A DNA stretch of 64,000 bases from Alphaproteobacteria bacterium (lineage in GTDB: Bacteria; Pseudomonadota; Alphaproteobacteria; GCA-2731375). Made by a program: the position numbers and the translations under genes. Shown one piece after another: positions 50,421 through 60,020 of the stretch (positions are counted from its first letter, which is position 1; each line of letters starts with the position of its first letter). The notes under the pieces were generated by a model. The model was given only the letters and a program-made list of their open reading frames with translations, did no database searches and had not been told where the DNA came from. The DNA lies in the NCBI GenBank assembly GCA_965232515.1, contig CBDDPY010000002.1, forward strand, positions 4,704,001 to 4,768,000, given 5' to 3'.

Positions 50421-51233
50421 ATGGTCAATTCCATCAATACCAACCCCGGCAGCAATATCGGGCTGCAATCTCTCAACAAGACGAATAACGGCCTCGACGC
50501 TCTGCGCGAGCGGCTGGCCACGGGCAAGAAAATCAACGGGCCGACGCCCGATCCCTCGACCTTCGCCATCGCCCAGAAGCTGCTTGGCGAAATCGGCGGC
50601 ACCGTGGCCGTGAAAGAGGGCCTGAACGCGGCCGAAGCCACCACCGGCGTCGCCATCTCCGCCGGCCAGGCCGTCTCCGACCTGCTCGTCGACCTCAAGG
50701 GCATCGCCATCAAGGCCAGTCAGGACGGCCTCGACGACACCTCGCGCCAGGCGCTGGAGACCGAGTTCAACGCGCTGCGCGATCAGATCGGCACGGTCGT
50801 CGACTCGGCGAATTTCAATGGCACCAATCTGATCGAAGCCGGCGGCGCCGGCCTTGACGTGCTGGCGTCCGAGAAAGGCGAGCGCTTCAACGTCGCCGCC
50901 CAGGACCTCAGTGCCGGCGGCCTCGGCATTGCCGGCCTGACGCTTGGCACGGCCGCCGACGCCGCCAACGCGGTCAATGCGCTCGACGCTGCGGTTTCTG
51001 ACGCCTCGGCGAAGCTCGCCGATCTCGGCTCGTCGGCCAAGCGCATCGAGACCCAGTCCGAAGCGACGACAAAGCTCGCCGACAGTCTGCGCCAGGGCGT
51101 CGGCAACCTGGTCGACGCCGATCTCGGCGCCGATGCCGCGGCGCTCGCCGCCGGTCAGGTCAAGCAGTCGCTGGGCATCCAGGCGCTCAACATCGCAAAC
51201 TCCGCGCCGCGCTACCTGACCGAGCTGTTCTAG
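50421..51233 (+). CDS. flagellin (short, 270 aa)
   Basis: SINTN...RLATGKKIN N-terminal domain; NLVDADL...QVKQSLGIQALNIAN C-terminal domain. Confidence 0.92.
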   Translation: MVNSINTNPGSNIGLQSLNKTNNGLDALRERLATGKKINGPTPDPSTFAIAQKLLGEIGGTVAVKEGLNAAEATTGVAISAGQAVSDLLVDLKGIAIKASQDGLDDTSRQALETEFNALRDQIGTVVDSANFNGTNLIEAGGAGLDVLASEKGERFNVAAQDLSAGGLGIAGLTLGTAADAANAVNALDAAVSDASAKLADLGSSAKRIETQSEATTKLADSLRQGVGNLVDADLGADAAALAAGQVKQSLGIQALNIANSAPRYLTELF

Positions 51234-51322
51234 GAGAGACATGCGCGGTGCGGTCGACCGACGTCGCCGCGCCGCAAATGGCCACATGACATCGGCCGGG
51301 CGGACGGGTATGCCTGCGCGCC

Positions 51323-52312
51323 ATGCGCGCGTTCGTCCGAGTTCTTCATCTGTCGCTATGCCTCGCCGTGCTGCCCACGGCGGCGTGGCCGCAGACCGAC
51401 CACGGCACCTTCAGCCTGCAGATCGAAAACGACCGGGTTGCCGCCACCGACCGGCACTATACGCATGGCACGCGGCTCGGCTGGGTCTCGCCCCGCGGCC
51501 AGCCGCCGGCCTGGTCGCAAACGCTGTTCGACGAGATCTTCGTTGATGTTAAGGGCGAACGGCGGCTGGGCTTCAGCCTGGGCCAGAGCATCTTCACGCC
51601 CGACGACACCGAATCCATCGCCGTGGTGGACGACGACCGGCCCTATGCCGGCTGGCTCTACGGCGGCATGGAGCTGATTGTCGAGGACGCCGACGATTTC
51701 CGCCGCGTCGCGCTGGACCTCGGCATCGTCGGCCCTTCCGCCAAGGCCGAGCAGACGCAGAACGAATTCCACGAGCTGATCGGCGTCAGCCGCTCGAACG
51801 GCTGGGACAACCAGCTCAATGACGAGCTCGGTTTCGCGCTCTTCGCCGAGCGCAAGTGGCGCGACGCCTCGCGCTTCCCCTTCGCCGGCGTCAACGGCGA
51901 CGTGACCTGGAACCTCGGCGGCAGCCTGGGCAACGTGCTGACCTACGCGGCCGCCGGCGTCGCCCTGCGTGTCGGCAACCAGCTCGACAGCGACTTCGGC
52001 CCGCCGCGCATCCGGCCCAGCCTGTCCGGCTCGGCCTTCTTCGACCCCGTGCCGTTCCGCAAATTCGGCTGGTACCTGTTCGCCGGCGTTGAGCTGCGCG
52101 CCGTCGGCCGCAACATTTTCCTCGACGGCAACACCATTTCCGACAGCCACGACGTTTCGAAAAAGCCCGTTGTCGGCGACTTCCAGGCCGGCCTGGCGTT
52201 GTTCTACGGCCGCGCCCGCCTCACCTATACCGGCGTCTTCCGCACCAAGGAGTTCGACGGCCAGCCCGAGGCCGACCGTTTCGGCGCCATCAGCCTGTCC
52301 TTCACGTTCTAG
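51323..52312 (+). CDS. lipid A deacylase LpxR-like / DUF2219 outer-membrane protein
   Basis: ENDR...DRHYTHG, GQSIFTP, DRPYAGWLY, NIFLDGN, C-terminal F. Confidence 0.88.
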   Translation: MRAFVRVLHLSLCLAVLPTAAWPQTDHGTFSLQIENDRVAATDRHYTHGTRLGWVSPRGQPPAWSQTLFDEIFVDVKGERRLGFSLGQSIFTPDDTESIAVVDDDRPYAGWLYGGMELIVEDADDFRRVALDLGIVGPSAKAEQTQNEFHELIGVSRSNGWDNQLNDELGFALFAERKWRDASRFPFAGVNGDVTWNLGGSLGNVLTYAAAGVALRVGNQLDSDFGPPRIRPSLSGSAFFDPVPFRKFGWYLFAGVELRAVGRNIFLDGNTISDSHDVSKKPVVGDFQAGLALFYGRARLTYTGVFRTKEFDGQPEADRFGAISLSFTF

Positions 52313-52465
52313 TGACCGCGCCGCCGATCCGTTAAGCACGAAATTCCGCCATTTCGACACGGAACCGGTCTAATATCGTTGCCAATTCGTTAACGGTTGG
52401 GGTTCGGGCGTTGCGAATGTGGCGCTTGCCTCGACCTTGGCGGGAAAAACAGGGGCGGCGCGGCC

Positions 52466-55144
52466 ATGCGGACCAATCGGCAATCGCGAATTCCATCCGG
52501 CCTTTCCGGGCTGGCAATCCTGACGGCCCTGGCGCTGACGGCGTCGGCGGCATCGGCCGAGACCATCGGCATCACGTCTGCGGTGAACCTGAACGCGGTC
52601 GGCACGCCGCCGCAGCAGGACACCCGCGTGCTGCAGGTCGGCCTCGATGTCTTTGCCGCGGAAAAGGTCGATACCGGCAAGGTCGGCCAGACGCATCTGA
52701 TCTTCGACGACGGCTCGGCGCTGACCATCGGTCCGTCGTCGACCGTGGTGCTGGACGAGTTCGTCTACGATCCCGACGCCCAGGCCGGCAAGATCGCGGC
52801 CTCGGTCGGCAAGGGTCTGATGCGCTTCGTCGGCGGCAAGATCAGCAAGAAGACCCCGGTGTTGTTCAAGACCCCGAACTCGCTGATCGGCATTCGCGGC
52901 GGCATCGCGCTCGTCGAATCCAACACGCCGGCCGAGGTCCAGGCGGCGCAGGCCGCCGGCCGCGACCTGCCGCTGTCGGCGGTGACGCTGATCTTCGGCA
53001 TCGAGGCCTTCATGCAGGTCGGCGACCGCACCGAGACCATGACCCGGCCTGGCTCGCGCATTGTCCAGCGGGCCGACGGCACCGTGCTGCCGGCCGCCCC
53101 GGTCTCGCAAGACACGCTCGACAGCGCGCTGACGCTGCTCGAGGACCGCGGACAGGCCGACGTCGCCGAGTTGGTGGACACGCTCGGCGCCGGGCCGCAG
53201 GCCGTGGCCCAGATCGCGCCAGCGGCCGGCGGCGCCTTCGGCGTCGGCGACGACGACGTCGCCGCCACCCAGCTCGCCGACCTCAGCTCAGGCAACAACC
53301 CCGACGCGCTCGTCCCGCCGGGACCGCCGGGCATCGATCCCGTCGATTTCGAGGATCCCACCGAGATCCGCATCCCCGACCAGGCCGGCTCCGGCAGCAG
53401 CATCATCGACAGCACCAGCAGCGGCATATCGATCGCCGGGCTTTTCTCCGGCCGGGTCAAGCACGCCTTCGACCCGGAACTGGGCACCGACGACCTCGAT
53501 CCGGACTTCAATCTCGCCTTCGCCAACGCCGTGGTGGAGAGCGGCATTTTCGACGCGCCGACGTCGCCATCGCTGACCCTGAACATTGCCCCGGGCGACT
53601 TCTCCGCGACCTCGACGTCACAACCCTTCGTCAACGACACGCTGATCGGCACCGGCGTGCTGAACGACGCCCAGGACTTCGTCTTCTACGAGCTCGATGA
53701 AACGAGCTTCGATCACAAGGTGCTGGCCTGGGCCGGTTTGCCGACACCCCTCAGCGAGTTTCCGACATCGGGCACTACGTCCTATGCCTTGCGGGACGAT
53801 TTCGTGCTCGGCGGCGTGCAGATCCCGTTCGTGGTCTCGGACACCGGCGGCTTGATCGATGCCGGCCAAACGCCAACGGCCTTCATCACCTGGGACGATC
53901 AGGGTGTCACCAACCCGTCCTTCTATGGATCGACGATCGTGATCTCGGGGCTTGGCCCCCTCGCAGGCCAGGGTCAGATTTCGGTCGCCAGCGTGTTTGC
54001 CGGCAGCGTTTTCGACGTTACGTCGACCCCGAGGATCTTTGCTGATTTCCGTGGCAGCGCCAGCGACACGTTTGAAAACGCCGCATTGGTCGGCACGGCA
54101 AGTTCGTCGACCGACGACCTCCTCAACAGCTTCTACGGCAATTCGGGGCCGAACAACTTCGTGCTCGAAGCGCTGCCGGGCACACAAATCCAGGCATTCA
54201 GCGATTCGCTTGGATCGATCCTCTACAACCCCAATGCCATCGCCACCAACACCGATGTGCCTGACGCCGGTGTGCAACAGTCGGGCGACCCCTTGACCGG
54301 CTTCTACAGCGGCTTCACCAAGGAGTTCGACGCCGGTGGTGTTTTCGATGCGCATCTGGCCGTCTCGGGCGGCATCACCATCAACAAGGACACGACGGCG
54401 AACCAGGTGGACGTCGCGATCGGCGTGGACAACCTGGCGGGCGGCGGCAGCTTCACCCTGAACTTCGGCGGCGCCAGCCGCAGCGCCTATATCGACGATG
54501 ATCGCTTCGCCGCCATCGAGCCGTTCACGCCGAACACCTATGGCAGCAGCGGACAGCCGGTCACCGAACTGGCCTACATCGTTACCGGCGACCAGGTCAG
54601 CTTCGACGGCGCCCTGCCGGCCGGCGTAACGATCTGCGACTGTGAATTCACCACCTGGGGATTCGCGGGCCTTTTGGCCGAGTTCAACGACGGCTCAAGC
54701 TCGGAAACGCACTTGTTGCCATGGGTCGCGGGCGAGATCCCGGATGCCGCGCAATTCGCCACGACAGCGACGGGCGTGCTCTACGAAGGCACCGTCGTCG
54801 GCACGACCGTGATCGGCGGCACCGGGAACGTGGGCGCCTCGGTGCACAAGGCCTTCGGCAGCATATCCATTGAGTTCGACTTCACGCCGGGTTTCGTCAG
54901 CGTCAATGGCGGCAGCATCACGAATTACGATGGCGGCACTTTTGCGATCTCGGCCGCCGGCTCACCGATCGGGACCACGTATATCTTCGATGTAACCGGC
55001 AACATCCCGGGTATCGGAAACGTGGACGGCAACGGCAATGGCGGTTTCGTCGGCACCGGCACGCCGCCGCAGAACACCATCGGACAGGGCGGGCTGACCG
55101 GGTCGAGCTACGATTCGCAGTTTGTCTTCTTCGCCGAGAACTGA
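52466..55144 (+). CDS. large secreted FecR-domain protein (paralogue 1)
   Basis: Signal peptide; FecR-like GQTHLIFDDGSALTIGPSS..VLDEFVYDP...IGIRG; acidic, Gly/Thr-rich C-terminal part. Confidence 0.85.
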   Translation: MRTNRQSRIPSGLSGLAILTALALTASAASAETIGITSAVNLNAVGTPPQQDTRVLQVGLDVFAAEKVDTGKVGQTHLIFDDGSALTIGPSSTVVLDEFVYDPDAQAGKIAASVGKGLMRFVGGKISKKTPVLFKTPNSLIGIRGGIALVESNTPAEVQAAQAAGRDLPLSAVTLIFGIEAFMQVGDRTETMTRPGSRIVQRADGTVLPAAPVSQDTLDSALTLLEDRGQADVAELVDTLGAGPQAVAQIAPAAGGAFGVGDDDVAATQLADLSSGNNPDALVPPGPPGIDPVDFEDPTEIRIPDQAGSGSSIIDSTSSGISIAGLFSGRVKHAFDPELGTDDLDPDFNLAFANAVVESGIFDAPTSPSLTLNIAPGDFSATSTSQPFVNDTLIGTGVLNDAQDFVFYELDETSFDHKVLAWAGLPTPLSEFPTSGTTSYALRDDFVLGGVQIPFVVSDTGGLIDAGQTPTAFITWDDQGVTNPSFYGSTIVISGLGPLAGQGQISVASVFAGSVFDVTSTPRIFADFRGSASDTFENAALVGTASSSTDDLLNSFYGNSGPNNFVLEALPGTQIQAFSDSLGSILYNPNAIATNTDVPDAGVQQSGDPLTGFYSGFTKEFDAGGVFDAHLAVSGGITINKDTTANQVDVAIGVDNLAGGGSFTLNFGGASRSAYIDDDRFAAIEPFTPNTYGSSGQPVTELAYIVTGDQVSFDGALPAGVTICDCEFTTWGFAGLLAEFNDGSSSETHLLPWVAGEIPDAAQFATTATGVLYEGTVVGTTVIGGTGNVGASVHKAFGSISIEFDFTPGFVSVNGGSITNYDGGTFAISAAGSPIGTTYIFDVTGNIPGIGNVDGNGNGGFVGTGTPPQNTIGQGGLTGSSYDSQFVFFAEN

Positions 55145-55761
55145 TGCGGCCTGATTTCTGTCGGTAACCCTTTAAGGGGAGCCATTAACGACGAATGTAT
55201 GCCGCCTTTCGGTGCGAAAGGCATTATTATGGTTTGAGATTCGTTAACGGGCGGATTCGGTAGATTTCCCCACCACAATTTGGCGTAAACGTAAGTCAGG
55301 GGCGCGTTAGTCATGTCGACGTTTCGGGCACGTCGCGGTTTCTGCGGCATCCTCACCTTAACCATCCTCGCGGCCACCACGGCGTTGACGGCTGTGCCGG
55401 CGGCGGCCGAGACCATCGGCATCACCTCGGCGGTGAACCTGAACGCCGTCGGCACGCCGCCGGCCCAGGACACCCGCGTGCTGCAGGTCGGCCTCGACAT
55501 GTTCGCGAACGAGAAGGTGGATACCGGCCAGGTCGGCCAGACCCACCTGATCTTCGAGGACGGCTCGGCGCTGACCATCGGTCCGAACTCGTCGGTCGTG
55601 CTGGACGAGTTCGTCTACGACCCCGAGGCCCAGTCCGGCAAGCTCGTGGTCTCGGTCGGCAAGGGCCTGATGCGCTATGTCGGCGGCAAGATCAGCAAGA
55701 AGACGCCCGTCCTGTTCAAGACGCCGAGCTCGGTCATTGGCATCCGCGGCGGCATCGCGCT
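52554..55761 (+). repeat. direct repeat of about 358 bp (52554-52911 and 55404-55761) encoding the FecR domains
   Basis: Long near-identical stretches at a constant 2850-bp offset. Confidence 0.85.
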
Positions 55762-58141
55762 GATCGAGGCGAACGCGCCCGCCCAAGCAGGCGCTGCCCA
55801 GGGCCAGGGCGGCGACGCCCCGCTGTCGTCGGTGACCCTGATTTACGGCAAGGACGCCTTCCTGCAGTCCGGCGACCGCGTCGAACGCATGACGCGTCCC
55901 GGCTCGCAGATCGTCCAGCAGCTCGACCGCACGGTGATGCCGCCGGTCGTCGTGCCGCCGAGCGTACTGCAGGGCGCGTTGGGCCGGCTGGAGGAGACCG
56001 GCAATGCCGACGCCGGCGAACTGGTCAATGCGCTGGGCGCCTCGCCGCAGGCGCTCGCCGAACTGGCGCCGGCCGCCGGCCCCGATGTCGGCGACGAAGA
56101 CATCGCCGACTCGCAGCTCGCCGCCCTCAGCTCGAACAACGATCCGAATATCCTGATCCCCATTGCGCCCAATCTCAGCCCGGTCGCCTTCGAAGACCCG
56201 CAAGAAGTACTGGTCCCCGATCAGGCCGGCTCGGGCAGCAACATCATTCCGTCGACGGCAAGCTCCACGACCAGCATATCCCTTGAGACGACTGGCGCCA
56301 TCAAGCGGGCCGTCAACCCGGAGTTCGGCGCCAGCTTCGCCGACCCCAATAGTTTCTTTCCATTTATCAGTGTCTCCGCGCTCGACGGCGGCACGTTCAG
56401 CGCGACGTCGATTAACGGCGGCGATCTGGTGCTGCCGATCGGTACCGGCACGTTTCCGGCGACGTCGACAGCACAACCGTTCGGCGCGACGCCACTGGAC
56501 GGCATCGGCGTCCTGTCCGACACAGGCGATTTCCTGTTCTACGAGCTCGAGGACCCGAGCGACGGTAGCCGCGTCCTCGCTTATGCCGGCAACCCGACGC
56601 CGCTCGACGCCTTCCCAACGTCGGGCGTGACCGCTTATGAATTGCGCGACGATTTCGCCCTCGGCGGCGTGCAGATCCCCTTCGTCAGCCCGTTTCAGGA
56701 GTTCGGCCTGATCGACGCCGGCCAGACGCCGGTGGCCTACATCAATTGGAACGGTGACGTCAGCTCGACGTCCGATCCGGTCCTCCCGGCATTCTATTCG
56801 TCGACCATCGTCATCTCCGGCTCAGGACAGGGACAGAATTCGGTGGCCAGTGTGATTGTCGGCAACCTGCTCAACGACGGACTGAGCGAGACACAGCCGT
56901 TCCTGATCGGCAACTTTCGCGGCAGCGCCAGCGACACGGTCGAGACCACGGGCTATACCGGCTTCGCGATTGCCGGCCTGGAGGAAGTTAGCAGTTCTTT
57001 CTACGGCCAGACTGGCGCGCCCGGTATCGACGATACCGGTCCGGAAAACTTCGTACTGCAGTCGGTTGCCAACGTCGTGTTGCCGCCGGATGGCGACGAC
57101 ATCCCGTATGGCGCCAACGCGGTCGCCACGGCGATCGATCCCGGCGATGCCGGCGCCCAGAATGAAATGCGGGTGATGAACGGCTTCTTCAACGGTTTCA
57201 GCACCGAGTTCGATGAAAACGGGAACTTTGTCGAGATATTCGCCCAGTCCAATGTCGAGGACGACGAGGGGGGGCTTTTGATCACGACAATGCCCGAGAC
57301 AAACCAGGTCTCGGTGCAGGTGGAGACCGGACGCATCGGTCCCAACCCAGGTCTGACGACGCTGTTGTTCGGCGACTCGTCGACCGGCAGCATCAACCGC
57401 AGCGCCTTCATCGACAACAGGCGTTTCGCCGCGATCGAGCCGATCGTCAACAACACCTACAACACGCCGCTCGATACGTCTGAGGAAAATCCGGAGATCG
57501 CTTACTTCGTGACGGGCGATCAGGTCAGCTTCGCCAACGGCGCCGCCGACGGCGTGACGATCTGCGAGTGCGAGTTCACGACCTGGGGCTTCATGGCCCT
57601 CGGCGTGGACTTCGCGAGCGGCGAAAGCAGCGAAATTCACCTGATGCCCTGGGTCGCGGGCGAGATCGCCGAGGCGAGTCGGTTCGCCAACCTGTCCGGA
57701 CAGGCGACCTACCAGGGCACCGTCGTCGGCACGGTCTTGCGGGGGCTGCCGACGGATCCGAGTGCGACGCTGCACAAGACCTTCGGCAACATCGATCTGC
57801 AGTTTACCTTCGCGCCAAATACCGTGGTGGTGAACGGCGGCACCATCACCAATTTCGACAATGGCGGCACGATTAATCTGGTGACCGGCGGCACCTCCAG
57901 CGCACCGTTCTTCAGTTTCGGTGTCGATACGGGCAGCAGCACGATCCCCAACGTTTTCGCGCTCACCGACGGACGCGGGGTCGGCTATCTGACAGGGCCG
58001 GGCGAGGTGCCGGCAAACGCCATCGGCAACGGGAGCGTTGTCGGCAGCCTTACCGACAACTTGAGCAATCAGGACTACCAGGCGAATTTTGTGATCTTTG
58101 CCGAAACGGACGGGTTGGAACCGCCGCTGCTGCTTCCCTGA
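55313..58141 (+). CDS. large secreted FecR-domain protein (paralogue 2)
   Basis: Same architecture; shares LRDDF.LGGVQIPFV, FRGSASDT and IC.CEFTTWGF with paralogue 1. Confidence 0.85.
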   Translation: MSTFRARRGFCGILTLTILAATTALTAVPAAAETIGITSAVNLNAVGTPPAQDTRVLQVGLDMFANEKVDTGQVGQTHLIFEDGSALTIGPNSSVVLDEFVYDPEAQSGKLVVSVGKGLMRYVGGKISKKTPVLFKTPSSVIGIRGGIALIEANAPAQAGAAQGQGGDAPLSSVTLIYGKDAFLQSGDRVERMTRPGSQIVQQLDRTVMPPVVVPPSVLQGALGRLEETGNADAGELVNALGASPQALAELAPAAGPDVGDEDIADSQLAALSSNNDPNILIPIAPNLSPVAFEDPQEVLVPDQAGSGSNIIPSTASSTTSISLETTGAIKRAVNPEFGASFADPNSFFPFISVSALDGGTFSATSINGGDLVLPIGTGTFPATSTAQPFGATPLDGIGVLSDTGDFLFYELEDPSDGSRVLAYAGNPTPLDAFPTSGVTAYELRDDFALGGVQIPFVSPFQEFGLIDAGQTPVAYINWNGDVSSTSDPVLPAFYSSTIVISGSGQGQNSVASVIVGNLLNDGLSETQPFLIGNFRGSASDTVETTGYTGFAIAGLEEVSSSFYGQTGAPGIDDTGPENFVLQSVANVVLPPDGDDIPYGANAVATAIDPGDAGAQNEMRVMNGFFNGFSTEFDENGNFVEIFAQSNVEDDEGGLLITTMPETNQVSVQVETGRIGPNPGLTTLLFGDSSTGSINRSAFIDNRRFAAIEPIVNNTYNTPLDTSEENPEIAYFVTGDQVSFANGAADGVTICECEFTTWGFMALGVDFASGESSEIHLMPWVAGEIAEASRFANLSGQATYQGTVVGTVLRGLPTDPSATLHKTFGNIDLQFTFAPNTVVVNGGTITNFDNGGTINLVTGGTSSAPFFSFGVDTGSSTIPNVFALTDGRGVGYLTGPGEVPANAIGNGSVVGSLTDNLSNQDYQANFVIFAETDGLEPPLLLP

Positions 58142-58247
58142 ACGATCCGCCGGTCGCGGAACCCGGCATCCCGTTCATCGACGGCGCCTCCGACATCTGA
58201 CGGCGGCACGGCCCCGCGCGGACCACGGGCGGGGCGAGAAAGGCGGA

Positions 58248-59003
58248 TCAAGCGCGTCGTTCGCGCCGGCCCGCTTTCGCCCTGTGCGGGAAGCGGCTGA
58301 AGAAGCCCAGCCCGGCCAGGCCGGCGAGGAAGACGCCGAGGCTCGCGGGCTCGGGGACGGCGATCGAGACCTGGGAAAATCGCTGGTCGAACTGCGTGAG
58401 GCGGCCGAAGTCCTCCGCGCCTTCCACCACGCCGAACAGGATCGTCGAGACGCCGATGCTCTGCTGCGGCGCGAAGGTTGCCTCGGCCAGTGGGTCGTCG
58501 ATGACCGGCTCGCCCTGCGAGGTCACGATCTTCGTCGCCAGGATCGTGTCCTCCGTCCCGTCATCGACGCCCTCGAGGATTTGCACCAGCGCAAAGCCCT
58601 CGGTAGCGGCATCCACGAGCTCGAGAGTGTTGCCGCTGATCCGCTGCGTCGGATCGAGCACCGTGACGGTGAACCTGAAGCTGATCTGGAACTCCTCGCC
58701 GAGGGTGTCCAGCGTCAGGGCGCCGCCCGTGTCCGTGTAGCGCAGGCCCGGGTTGCTGGCAGGATCGTCGAGCGGCGTGACGTCGATCTGGGACAGATCG
58801 GTCCCCGCGGCGTTGGTGACCAGTTGCCAGTTGGAGAACAGCTTGTCGCCGGCGACGATGGTCTCCGGCGTTTCGCCGCCGAACAGGTCGGCGAGCGGGA
58901 TCGCATGGGCGCTGTTCGCCGCGGGCCCGAAAAAGCCGGCGACGAGCGCGCAACGCGCGAACATGCCCAGGTATCGCCGAAGCACTCCACTGGATCGGAT
59001 CAT
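58248..59003 (-). CDS. PEP-CTERM sorting-domain protein
   Basis: Signal peptide ending AHA; C-terminal VPEPASLGVFLAGLAGLGFF followed by an Arg-rich tail; GAGGAG RBS. Confidence 0.88.
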   Translation of the reverse strand: MIRSSGVLRRYLGMFARCALVAGFFGPAANSAHAIPLADLFGGETPETIVAGDKLFSNWQLVTNAAGTDLSQIDVTPLDDPASNPGLRYTDTGGALTLDTLGEEFQISFRFTVTVLDPTQRISGNTLELVDAATEGFALVQILEGVDDGTEDTILATKIVTSQGEPVIDDPLAEATFAPQQSIGVSTILFGVVEGAEDFGRLTQFDQRFSQVSIAVPEPASLGVFLAGLAGLGFFSRFPHRAKAGRRERRA

Positions 59004-59126
59004 GACGTTATCGCTCCTCAAGACGGCGTCGAAGTTCGGTCAATGATCCGGGCGGCCCGCGCCGCTGTCGATGAAAGCCTCTGAATAGGGGTATGCGAAT
59101 TCTTTGCCGCGCCGCGCGATACCTTT

Positions 59127-60020
59127 CTAGCGTCCCATGAAAAGCCGTTGGTCGCGGCGCGCCGACGCGCAGAGGTGTTCGATCACGGCGCGCACGCGCG
59201 CCGTCGCCTTGTGGTCGCGGTGGGTGAGCAGCCAGAGATCGACCTCGACGTCGAAACTGTCCGCCAGCACGCGCCTGATTCCCGGCGCCGCCGCGGCCAT
59301 GTAGAGGGGCAGGGCGAGAAGCCCGCAGCCGGCGATCATGGCCGCGAACTGAGTCAGCAGGTTGTCGCAGGCGAGGCGGACGGTCCGGCCGCCGGCCGCG
59401 TGGTCGCGCAGGAGCCTGACCTGGGGCAGGTTCGCGATCTCGCCGGTGGATTCGATGATGTCATGGCCGGCCAGATCCTCGAGGCCGTGCGGCGCGCCAT
59501 GCCGCTCGATGTAGCTGGCGGCCGCGAACAGGCCGAAGCAGGCCTTGGCCACGCGGTGGCCGATCAGGTTGTCGTCGCCGGGGTCGCCCAGGCGGATGGC
59601 GATATCGGCCCGATGGCGGGCGAGGTCGAGAGCCGGGACGCAGACGGAGAGCTCGATCTCGATGTCCGGATAGCGCGCCGCCAGATGGTGGATCTGATCC
59701 GGCAGCCAGTAGGTGCCGATGCCCTGCGCGGCGGTGATGCGGACCATGCCGGCGAGCCGGCTGTTCTCGCCGCCGACCTGCCGCTCGATGACCGTCATGG
59801 TGCCGTCGATGTCCCGCACCAGATCGAGGATTCTCAGGCCCGCGTCGGTCACGGTGTAGCCGTCCGGCCGGCGGTCGAACAGCCGCGCGTTGAGCGCCTG
59901 CTCCAGCATCTGGATCTGGCGGCCCACGGTCGGCTGGCTGACCGCCATGGCGCGGGCGGCCGCCGAGAGGCTGCCCGTGTCGGCCACCGCCAGGAAGTAT
60001 CGATAGGCGTCCCAGTCCAC
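59127..60020 (-). CDS. LysR family regulator
   Basis: DWDAYRYFLAVADTGSLSAAAR...SQPTVGRQI HTH. Confidence 0.93.
   Translation of the reverse strand: MDWDAYRYFLAVADTGSLSAAARAMAVSQPTVGRQIQMLEQALNARLFDRRPDGYTVTDAGLRILDLVRDIDGTMTVIERQVGGENSRLAGMVRITAAQGIGTYWLPDQIHHLAARYPDIEIELSVCVPALDLARHRADIAIRLGDPGDDNLIGHRVAKACFGLFAAASYIERHGAPHGLEDLAGHDIIESTGEIANLPQVRLLRDHAAGGRTVRLACDNLLTQFAAMIAGCGLLALPLYMAAAAPGIRRVLADSFDVEVDLWLLTHRDHKATARVRAVIEHLCASARRDQRLFMGR

Noticed and set aside
55204-55222. GCCTTTCG-gtg-CGAAAGGC hairpin between the FecR genes as a second riboswitch
   Set aside because: Lacks the GEMM core motifs; more likely a terminator or stabilising hairpin
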